Origin: Aplysia californica
Taxonomy: Eukaryota
NCBI RefSeq assembly: GCF_000002075.1
Contig: NW_004797466.1
Location: forward strand, 560,381 to 624,380
Direction: 5' to 3'
Length of the DNA: 64,000 bases
Position numbers and translations under genes: made by a program. The notes beneath the pieces are model-generated. The model did not search any database. It was not told the DNA's origin and was given only the letters and a program-made list of their open reading frames with translations. Below are positions 13,641-25,200 of this stretch, piece after piece; position 1 is the first letter of the stretch, and the number at the start of each line of letters is the position of its first letter.

Positions 13641-14272
13641 TCCTTTCGTTATGCATCTATCCTTATTGGACGTTTGACTCCCCAGGGTGAGTCCTAAATT
13701 CAACAGACTCTGATAGGCTGTTTAAAACAGAAGGCTTTGCTTGCATCAGTTCCTGTGTGTGCGACAGAAGCGCCAAGTCATCGCCACCACGACCATATGA
13801 AAGAGGAAATCAGTAAGTGCTCACTCACAGTTATCCACCCCCCCCCCTTCCAAAAAAATCCCTTTAAAAAAAAGTCAATAATTATAATTGGCCTATAATT
13901 TATTACTTAGTCTACCAGTGTTTGTAATGTAATAGATAGGCGCTTTTCCATAGTGATACATTATAATTATAGAAAAGACATGAATTAGAATCTTACAAGA
14001 GGAAGGATATTGGATACATCTGTCTTATTGATGTGGATGTATCCCATTCCACAAACTCCTGGTTGGTAGCTCTTACAAGGATATATAATGATAAAGAACA
14101 AGTCCGTTAAAAAATCTAAATTATAATTATGTTGATTACGAGAAAACGCTTTAACTGTGAAGCTACGAACGAACAAACATCTGACCAATATGCATTATTA
14201 TCTTATGCACAAGGACCCCTAGATTTCTTCTTCTTCTTCGTCTTCCTACAATGATCCTTCACAAAGTCTCCG

Positions 14273-14580
14273 GGGGGTTCTCATGGCCTAGAGGTTAAGG
14301 TGTTCGCCTGTCACTATCATTTAATAGGTCTCGGGTTCGAGCCCGGATCGCGACGGAAATTATTTTTCTCTAATTGTCTCCTTTCTTCACCTCCTTTCCT
14401 GTTCTCTAGCAATGTTCTGCGGTCTGCTTTCGTCTCCACTCTCTCCCCCCCCCACCCCGTCACCTTCTTTGTTTCCTCCTCTGGGCTCCTGACTCTTTCT
14501 GTAGCCGTTCTACTGATTCTCCTTGGCTCCTTTCTGCCGTCTTTAAGCCACACCCCTAATCTTCTGGATGCGGACTAAGA
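14273..14580 (+). mobile_element. tRNA-derived SINE, 3'-truncated
   Basis: A-box TGGCCTAGAGG and B-box GGTTCGAGCCC. The pyrimidine-rich body is homologous to the minus-strand copy at 14945-15485. Confidence 0.7.
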
Positions 14581-14859
14581 TATTAGAAAACAGATAATAT
14601 AGATGAGGAGAAAAAAAAACCCACTGGTAAGGAAAGGAGCAATGACTGATAACTTGGTAGTGGGCTAGGCTATCTTAGATCGGCCTTGGTAGTGGGTTAT
14701 CTAATTTTTAAAAAAAGAGAGCCCATTCGTTAATCATTAGTAGTTACAATGTATGTAAACTTGATCGCCGTCTGCAACATGGTTCGGCTATAATAGTAGG
14801 GGCATTATCACGTCAGTCCAGGGGGTTCGCCTACCGTCGGGGCTCACTGATATATGTAA

Positions 14860-14931
<72 letters not shown>
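14860..14931. repeat. (GT)n(AT)n microsatellite
   Basis: Directly visible. Confidence 0.95.
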
Positions 14932-14934
<3 letters not shown>

Positions 14935-14944
14935 CACATGTATA

Positions 14945-15485
14945 TTTTTTCGGGGGGACGGGACGGTAAGAGTTTTACGGCATTCGCAGCTGCATTTAAG
15001 CCATTTGAACGCGCGGGACACACTTCGCATTTTCAGTTTGGTAGGAATTCATTTTGAATTTTGCCCGAATGGCGGCCAAAGGTTGCTTTTAGCGGTTTCA
15101 GTACCACAGGGGATTTTTAACTTGCGCAACTTGCACACGGGACCTCCGAGATTTTTATGTCCTTATCCAAAAGGCTATGTGTTGGATCTTACCTAGCCTA
15201 AGATCAAGAGTGTGGCTGAAAGACAGCAGTAAGAAGAAGCCAAGGAGTCGCAGTAGAAAGGCAGAAGAAACAGATGGGAACCTAGAGGAGGGGGCAAAGA
15301 GGTTGGGTTGGGGGGGGGGGGGGCGGCAGTAAGTGGAAAACGTAGACTACATGACATGATGGGAGAACAGAAAAGGTGAAAGAAGCATTTTTTAGAGAAT
15401 AAAATTTGCCGTCGCTGTCACGTTTCGAACACGGGACCTACTGAATGAAAGGCGAACACGCCGTGTCTCTGGACCAAACAGTCTA
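14945..15485 (-). mobile_element. tRNA-derived SINE with a Deu/Nin-like central block
   Basis: Head TGGTCCAGAG...GTTCGAAAC. Downstream TTTTGGATAAGGACATAAAAATCTCGGAGGTCCCGTGTGC...GTTAAAAATCCC resembles the conserved Deu/Nin domain (recalled from memory). Confidence 0.6.
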
Positions 15486-18400
15486 ACTTCGGTGTACCCC
15501 CCCCCCCCTTATATACTAAAAAAAACATACGAGTAGTATTTACTCCTTCACACCGTCATCTTCCAACTGTATGAGTTATACCAGAGATTCTCTACTAATA
15601 GAGAATCTTTGGTGTACTGTCCTTATTTAACCCTATATGTATGTCGTGTTTTACTATCGTATCCATACGACGTGGGGAATTCTGTGCCACCAATTTTCAA
15701 AGAGGCAATTTACTCGTTAATCCGATCCGTACGCTTTACATAGCAGTCTGTAAACATGATTTTTTAAAGAAATACTGACAGTTTCTAAGAGATCTTCTCA
15801 CTAGAAGTATTCTAAAATGAGAAGAATACAACCCCGTGGGTACAAAATGACCCCAGGGCGTTCGGATAAGGTTAACTTGTAAATTTGCCCTGCCGTACCG
15901 CCAGCGAACTGATCGCCAAAGGTACACACTACACACTATACACACGGTGCACAACACACACTAGTCGGCTACTNNNNNNNNNNNNNNNNNNNNNNNNNNN
16001 NNNNNNNNNNNNNNNNNNNNNNNNNNNNNNNNNNNNNNNNNNNNNNNNNNNNNNNNNNNNNNNNNNNNNNNNNNNNNNNNNNNNNNNNNNNNNNNNNNNN
16101 NNNNNNNNNNNNNNNNNNNNNNNNNNNNNNNNNNNNNNNNNNNNNNNNNNNNNNNNNNNNNNNNNNNNNNNACACATGTACATCATCAAAAAGACATTTT
16201 TCAAGTACAGATTGGTAGTCGGGGCTAAAACAGAGGAAACTCGTTGAAATGCCAGCCCTACTATTTCGCCAACTTGAAGCCCGTCCCTAGGATGGCGACA
16301 TAACGAGGTTTGACTATGAAATAAATATATACATGTGTGTATGTGTGTGTGTGTGCGCGCGCGTGTGCGTGTGTGAGAGAGAGAGACTGTGTGACCGTTT
16401 GTTCGGAACATCAAAGTGTCCAGTATCTAAAGAAAACTGATATAGAAAAGAAAATAGGTATATGTTAACTTTTCATTTTATTATACCATTAGTACATGTA
16501 TGGTATTATTGTTCAAATTCTCAACAACATATTAATTTGAGATAAGTTCTCGGTAAAAAAGTGAATCAACTTACACTCAACTGAGACAATATCATGTGAT
16601 AATACTTCAATCAAGTTTAATTAACATAAAATTACAAATGTTTTCTCAGAGTACTCTGGTCGTTTTCATTTCTCAAAGCTACTAAATGTCATAAAAAGTG
16701 TTCTCCACAATTACTGGCAAAAAACCAGACATCTAGAATAAAAACAAAACAATAGCAAAAACAATCATTGCAGAAAAAATTCATACACAGTGAACGATGA
16801 TCCCCCCCCCCCCCCCCCCTCTCTCTATTCTCTATACAAAGGAGCCAGTAGAGTTCTTGTTACCCTGCCTTTTTTTCTCATCCATAATATGAGAATCTGG
16901 CTTAAATTTTTGAAAAAGTAATATTATACTGTCCCTGGAATTTATATAACTCTTCCTTAACTTTCAGCAAAGAGAGGCATTTGAGGAGTTCATAACATTA
17001 TCTGCCTTCAGATTAACAAAATGAAGTTAATATAATATTTTACAGAGAATTAAGCTGCAAAGCTACATAACAAAATAAGTAGCGTTTACCCAACTTTGTT
17101 AATTAAATTTTTAAAGTTTCCATGCAGTATGAAGGCCGTTCAAAAGCTGAAGTTAACTACATGTACTCAGTTTTTTACAATAATGCTTTTCTCTTGTGTC
17201 TTACTTCCCTTCTCTTCCCCTTACACACCCCCCCCCCACACCCCTTTTTAAAAAATGCCCATAAAAATCAAAACAAAACCCCTCATCTTTATTTATTTGA
17301 GATTTTGTCACTGTTTTTTCTTGCCAACATTCTCGAGTCAACATGTGGGCTCACAGCTTGTTTTTTAATACAGTCAAATTTGTCCATGATGGCCTCCTAT
17401 TTTCGAGGAGAGACATGGTTGTGGACATCTTTTAATAGAGGAAAAAAAAACCACAAGACAGGAAGTGGAAAGTGTTGTTTTGTACAGATTATTGCGTTGC
17501 ACAGGTGGCCACTAGAACAGGTTTGACTGTATTCCAAACAGGATGTAAAAACCCTTGACAAAAATCATAATATAACATAAACATTTCAACATTGTTCACA
17601 GATTAGCTGATATCACAGATACATAACAACAATTATGACAAAAGCAATATAACATCAATCAGTCCCATGGGACATTTCAATAACCCATTTTCAGCACTTT
17701 TCAAGGACCCCCGGGCAAGTGTTGAGTTCCTGTGTGCTGTCGGCATCGCTGACTATTTATGACGCCACAGCGCCAGAAGAAAAAGAGAGAGAGAGAGAGA
17801 GATCCCCCAGCAGGTGGTGAGATATAAATAATGCGCCACTGCATTAGCTTAAGATGCAGCTCCTGTACTGGTAGGAAGCCTCTTTTGAACCACAACTTCT
17901 TTGACACAAGGGCGACACTTTGCCTCCATGCTTATTATCTTTTCCCTCAGCCATCTTTGTGTCAAACTGACAACCAAGGGTGTGGTCTTGCAAACAAACA
18001 GACCCAAAAACTATTACAATGTAGTGGTCTACCTTTGAAAACTGACAAGTTTCTGTCAACCAGGATATGAAACTTTATTCAATAACCAATAAGTCTAATA
18101 TTTTTATTTTCTGCATTTCACTCTGCATGCAAGGTTTACCTGAAATCTGAAACAAGTGACAAAAGCACTTGGTCTTGATCAAAACCTTGAAGACCCAGAA
18201 ATCAAAAGGAGGAAGCTAAAACACAACATTCTTGTGATTAGATGAGGATGTGGATCAAACAATAACAGAAAAGAAATCAAAATCAGTGGTAAAGACCACA
18301 AAAAAATCAATGAATTAGTCTTTTATTGTCAACCCCAAAGCCTCTTTTTTTGATAAAACCTTGCCAAAATCTCAGTAAAGACAGCAAGTTTTTCTATTGA

Positions 18401-19217
18401 AAAGACTTTGCATTGATTAAGAAATAGATATAAAATGGAGTCAAGCTGCATTATCTTATCCAAATCCATAAATAAATGGAAAGACGCATTGTTAATGATT
18501 AACTTTTGAGGCATTTCACTTACACATCTGCACAACAAGTGCACTAGCATTATTTACAGCTGACGGGTATTATTTTTTTATCAAAACTTTAATCTCAACA
18601 ATACTCAGGTTAGGCAGAAAGTGCACTTTTTGACTGCATATGACAACTATGCAGCGTATCAAATTGAAACTGGCAATTATTGCGCAGGCTATGCACATGC
18701 ACAACTTAAACAACAGACAACACACACTCACAATTTCAATTAATTTTTTCTTTTGATTCACAAATTCAACACAGTAACGTTTTTAATAGGTAGGCCATGC
18801 ACTCTCTGTGACCACAGTATAAATTCAAATCATGCAAAAATGAAAGGGATCACCTAATTATGAATTTTGTTACATTACTGTCATTAAATATGGTAATCAT
18901 CATCAATGGAAACAGGAACAAAGAAAAAATCGAGAAAGTCAATAGTTCCCATCATTCATAGAAAAAAAATAGATCATAGTTTGTCTTCACCATGGAGAAA
19001 GAAGATGAGAGAGGAGATTGTTATTTAATATCTCAACGCAATGATGGATTACAGTTGATTATTCAATTATCCAAGAAGAAAGAAGGAGATTCCAGGCACA
19101 AAATGTCTTCACAAAGCATATATGTATATCACTCTATCAGTGCCCATGACAACACCATGAGGTGTCTTTCCGTTTCTGGTATCACATTAATAGTTTCTTG
19201 TTGAAAAGGGTCTCTGT

Positions 19218-22200
19218 TCAGGAAGATTCTTGTTCCAGCAAGGCGAAAGCTTCTTCTATCATTGCAGTAGCCTGTAGAGAAAACAAAACACTCTTGAGAT
19301 GCATTCTTGTTACCTCAAATTTACACAAACACACCATGTAAAGAGAGCATTTCGGAGCAAGCCAAGTTTCAAACCTCGGTAGCTCACAAGAGACTGCAAT
19401 GACACATTTCGTTGGCCAGCTATTACATTATACCATCCCTCTCCAATAGCCATTATAGTTATTTAGGCACACACTATTTATTCCATCATTGCTGAGCATC
19501 CCAAGAAAATGAGCTGGAAATAATACATATTTATTTATGTACTGCATTTTCACTGTGCAAGTACTGAAAAATCAACACACATATATTATTATACAGGGTA
19601 ATTAAAAAAGAATACGCCAAAATCATCACACAATATTTTAACAACGAAAAACAATAGAAAACTCTTGCTTGGACGCATATTTTGTAACAGATCTTCAAGT
19701 ATTCCTTTTTATGTTTTACAAGTGCTCAATGTGGCCACCACCGGCAGCACGACAGCATCAAGCCAATATAAGAATTCCTTCCAAACACGCCTCAGAATGA
19801 CTCAGGCCACCGTGTTGATTGTAGCTGTTATTCGATCTTTCATGCCATCGATATTTGCTGAAAGTGGTGGAACATAAACTTCATCTTTAGCATACCCCCG
19901 GCAAAAAAATCACACAGAGAGGTCAAGGGATCTGGCAGGCCAACTACAGAGAGTGAGGTCTTTAGCACCTCTCCTACCAATCCACATTTCAATTCAGATA
20001 AGCTCAAACTCAGATGCCAATGGGGAAGTGCTCCATCTTGTAGAAAAATGAAGTCATTTGAATATGCGTACAGTAAAGTGAATAGCCACTTCTTGTGGTG
20101 GTATGTTAAAGACAAAGTTAATGTTTCACCACTTCCAACAAATATCAATGACATAAAAGATTGAATAACAGCTACAATAAACTCGGTGGCCTGAGACATT
20201 CTGAGGCGTGTTTGGGAGGAATTCTGATATCGGCTTGATGATGCTTGTGCTGCCGGTTTTGGTCACATTGAGAACTTGTAAAACTTGAAATAGAAACTTG
20301 AAGGTATATACAACACATGTGTACAAGCTGGAGTTATCTATTGTTTTTTGCTTTTGTAATATCGCTCGATTATTTTGGTGTATTCTTTTGAATCACCTTG
20401 TATTATCCATTTCCTCTTTCTCACTCTCTCCAGGAATCAACCCGGTCACATTTCTTTCCCTAATAAAAAAAAAAGCAAATGATATGCCTGCCCTGTACAG
20501 GGAGAGTTGAAAATAGCAACAAGCCTGATCAAACCAGCAGTCACTTACCCATACAAAGAAAGTTGCAGCACCAGCTGAAATGTCCCTTACATCATCCAGT
20601 TCATACTTTTCCAGAAGTTTCCGAGCCTTCTTGGCAGTTTTTAGTGCCAAAGTTTTCGCATCCAACTCCAGACAGCGTCGTTTAAGGCTCTCCTTCCCTG
20701 TTTTACCCACAAGAGCCTGCACCGCCTTCCAGTCCTACACACAGAGTTTCAGAGTCAGTCATGGGCAAGCCATCCATTTCCGTGATACACATATAGAGGT
20801 GTTAGCTCAATTTTTTGTCAAGGACACACACAAGTTTCCCCTCTCCCCTTCTTTTCAATGATGACAACCGCCTGAATAATTTCCAATATTTTTACCAGTG
20901 TGATCGGGGAACACAGCACATGAAAACATTATTTTATATTAAAATCCTTTCATTGAAATTCAGTTTCAGCAAAGTCCATAGGAAGCAGTGAGTTCTTTTT
21001 TCCCACGTGTGTTATTATCATTATGCCTCTACATCATCAAGACAAAAGTAAAGTACCAGTAACAAAAGAGTCCATCAAAAATTGAAACAAAGTCCCTTTT
21101 TCCTATTTCATGAGTCAGAAACAACATCCCCCCTCCCCTACCCCCAGCAAACTTTTTCTTTTCTTCTGAAAAATTTTTAAAAAGTTGAGGAAGGCAATGT
21201 ACACATGGATTAACCGACTCCAATTCTATAAATACAAATTATTCAGCCAGAATTAAAAAAAACTACCAGCTACTTTACCGCTATTTTAAAAAAAAAGCAG
21301 AAGTCCTTAACTTGCACTACATAGACATGGGTACAACATTTCTCAAAATGAAGACAGGACTAAACATCTTTCATTTTGCATATATTTTCCTTTGCGAACA
21401 CATCTTGCTCCAGCATCATCTCAGAGGAACAATTATTGAAAACAACAGAATCCATCAATCTATAAGCATAAGCTGTCTTTCCATTACTGGTACAACCAGC
21501 AATTGAATATTTCTTTGAGTCAGCTGACTTCTTATTTTGTTTGCTATATAAAGCGACTTGCATGGTATTATACCTTTGTACATGCCATTAAAAAAACCCA
21601 ACAGTCACAGAAAGATAAAAACGGATATCTTCTCTTTCTTTCTTCTAAATTCAACAGGTGGTTATAACAAACAGATATGTCCTCTAAAGCGATACGATCA
21701 ATGATAAGAAACAAAAGTAAATTCGGTGTACTTCTCATCCAATGCAAACTAGGAAATTGAACGAAACAAGGGAAAATGTACTTTCAAAGTTATGGCTCTC
21801 ATTCAGTGCAAAATAATAAATTGAACAAAGCGTGGGAAAATGTATTTTCAAAGCTATGGTTCTTAAAGACATCGTTCAAAATTCACATTTAACTTTTGTT
21901 TCCACATTACCTTTGTTTCTCCTTCCTTATGCCCCAGCAGCAAAAATGTGGCAGTCATGACTGTGTGCACAATGAGCGGAGGGCTCGTGTAGCTCCGGAT
22001 TTCAGCCACAGTCGACTGCTTCAGCTCCAAGATCTCGTGTCTGATCCTCTCGAGCCGTCTGAGATGTGACAGAAGTTTGTTCGCATCCATCATCTCACTA
22101 GCGAGCTCCACCTCTAAGCCGTGTTTGCGTACAAAAGTCATAGCTCTGTCCAGTTCCTCAATTTCCCTCTTTGTCATGGCTTTCTGGAGACCTACATGGA

Positions 22201-25200
22201 AAATACAAGACAAAAGTTGCCTATTGTAGACTAACACCTTTCCAGTGTGAATTAAATTTACTAACATATTATATCTCTGGGCAGAGATTAGTTCACAAAT
22301 GGAACAAACATACACTGGAAAAAGACAAAAATGTCTTTAAAAAAGGATAATAATTATAATAGGTCTCATCACAAGCCACGATGATGCAGTTTCTGATTAC
22401 AGGAGATGCTTTTTGTGAGAATTAGGAAAGTGTCGGCAAACATAGCTTTCAGCTAGAAGCCAAAATATAAGATGAGGTCTTCCCGAGTTGAGCGTGAATT
22501 TTTATACCAGGGGGTTCCCCAAAATTTTATGTCTGTTTTCTTATAGTCATTAATTGACAAAAGGTCTGTAATATTTTATTTTGATTTATTTTTTAAAAAC
22601 TTCATATTCTAAAATAATTATTTTTTCGCCTTTGAAAGTTCTGCCATTTCATGGTTTTTACACTTAATCTCACTTCGTTTTCCTATCTTTAAACTTTACA
22701 AAGTGATTATTTAATCTAATTGTAATCATTTTTGGGCTGTTTTATATGTACAACTTTAAAACTCAGTTTGCTGGAAGCCAAAGTAGGCATCAAGATTTTT
22801 TTAAAATATACATGTTGAAACTCTGAAACATCAACTCTAGAACAGATATCTTTGAAATTGAAAATGCAGAACATTGAGGACAGTCCCTGCAATGTGATGG
22901 TCGCAAAAAGTCAAAATGTCCTGACACCACCACATTCCACATTCTTGCAGATATCTTCTCAAACGTTTATGTAATTCCTTTTATTTTCTCATTTCTTCCA
23001 TCGTTATGACTTCTTAAAGGATCGTTTTGGTAACATATTTGTATGCTATCAGCATATTTCCCTCCTGTGCTTTTTCTCTCATATCAAACCCTTTCTATTT
23101 ACTTTTTTCATTACACTGAATGGGTAAGAAACATAATTTTTAAAAACAACAACAACATAAAGCCCATATACCTTCTTTAGCTGACAACTGCCTCAAAAGG
23201 CGTTTTGCCTTCTCATAGTCCATGTCATCATCTGAGAGTTTAGCGTTCTTAAACTCTGTCATTGAGAACTCAAGCTGGTACTTGTCCTTTGCCTTGATGG
23301 CAACCTTCAATTGGTAGCGGATGCGCTTGTTTTTGTTATCTGTTGAATATAAAAGCAACCAAAAAATAAAAAGTACATGTAATTTTATTCACACACACTT
23401 TACTTTAAAGAAAGTGAATTGTCAAGTCTGGTCTAAAAATCGTCTTCAAATTTTTTTGACAAAAAGTTCTTTATCAAAAATGTCTTCCACTGTGTAGATA
23501 AGTATGAAGGAATGTATCTGCCATTCTGAAATTAAAGCTTCTGGCAACCATACTACATTTTTAAAACAAAAAGAAAATTTTGTAATACATTTTAGAAAAT
23601 TGTAAGGTTTTGTTTAGCTATTTGGCTCACCTAAGTAACAGGTGAACTCTTTCTGTACTGGGAAAATTCAATGTTTGTATCATGCAAAATACCCTGATAT
23701 TGCTTTAGCAGAAGCTACTAATACAGTTTTGCAAATACAAGTCCTACCTACTCTGACAACAACACTGACAAGGACCACCACCACAACTGTTATTACCATT
23801 GTCACTACCACTGCCGCCATCTCAACCAATGCCATTACCACTACTGCATCTAATACTAATCTTGCTGCAACTTGCACTTCCACTGCCAATTCAGCTGCCA
23901 TTCCCATTGTCATTCCCACTGTCACTATCACCACCACTTCAGCTGCCATTCTCATTGTCATTCCCATTGTCACTAGAGTTGTTCCCACATCCGATCCAGA
24001 CATTGGGGATTGCCTTGTTAGCGGGACAACTTCCTGGGCCTTCGGCATATTTTGGTAGGGTGGCCAGTTCCTTTCCACGCCGCCTCTACTTCCCCAACTC
24101 GAAATCAGGTACCCATTACTGCTGGGTGGGCAGGAGCGGACGAAAAAAATCTGTGTCCGAACCGAGGCTCGAACCCAGACTTTCCGCTTCGGAGACGAGT
24201 GCATTAACCGCTCCGCCACTGCACTCTCTTACCACTGTCACTTCCACTGTCAAAACTACTACTACTGCCACTACTCCACCTCCCATTGTCACTGCCACTA
24301 TCACTTCAGCAGTCCCTCGTGCAGCCACTATGACTACTATGACCACTACTATAACAATTAGTATTACACCCTCTCTCAGCACTTTATTACGTGTGACTTC
24401 TAGAGGGACTTTATTCTTTACCTTTCTTTAGCTTCCTCTGCCTTTCTTCTTCCTCTTCTATCATCTTTCTCTTCTTTTCATCTGCTCCATCCTTTTCACT
24501 CTCAAGTTTAGCCAGTTCATTGTCAGCATCTTTCTCAGCCTTTTCTGCTGCCTGGAGGAAGAGAAAAAATGTACACTCCAAACTCATCCAGTCTGTATGT
24601 TTTAGAATGCCACTGAGCCCACTGATGTACAGTGGAGTCCATCTATATTGGACTCACGGGGGCAATTTTATGTTTTTGGGCTACTAAAAGTATTTCCATG
24701 TAAAAAGTGAAGGAAATAGCAAAAATTACAGCATAACATTTTCAATTTCAAGGATGATTAGGGTTAGCATCACGGGGACACAATTTGCGATGCCTATCCC
24801 CACCCTGCTTTGTCTGCTATGTCATGACAAATCTGATTTTGACACGAGTTATCTGGCGTTCATGTCACAAGCACATATGTCAATGTCATTGCCAGCTCCC
24901 TCTCCCTCCTCTCCACTCCCCCCGTCCCCAATTCCTATCATTCTTGGATGACGCGATGTAGAATGAAAACACAATCAAGTGTTGGAGTCAACATGAAATT
25001 AATCAAAGAAGTACAATCCATGACTGAACATTTTTTATGGAATGTAAAACCTGTCATGGATGCAGCCTTGTCCTTGTAGAAATGCCAGCATAGATTCACA
25101 AGAACAATTTTGTGGTTAATTTATTTACATTTCTCTCGGAATTATGCTCTGCCTAGCCACAAATGGCTTCATAATAAGATTAACCCATGTCACAGTGCGT

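Noticed and set aside
14273-14350. Possible tRNA-Asp gene
   Set aside because: There is an insertion after the anticodon, the stems are poor, and the downstream body is shared with another SINE copy.
24150-24228. Possible tRNA-Arg(CCG) gene on the minus strand
   Set aside because: The acceptor stem does not pair and the sequence continues into a SINE body and tail.
23642-24431. Long Thr-rich, Val-rich and Leu/Pro-rich ORFs
   Set aside because: By-products of an intronic trinucleotide tract plus SINE. The flanking exons join in phase without them.
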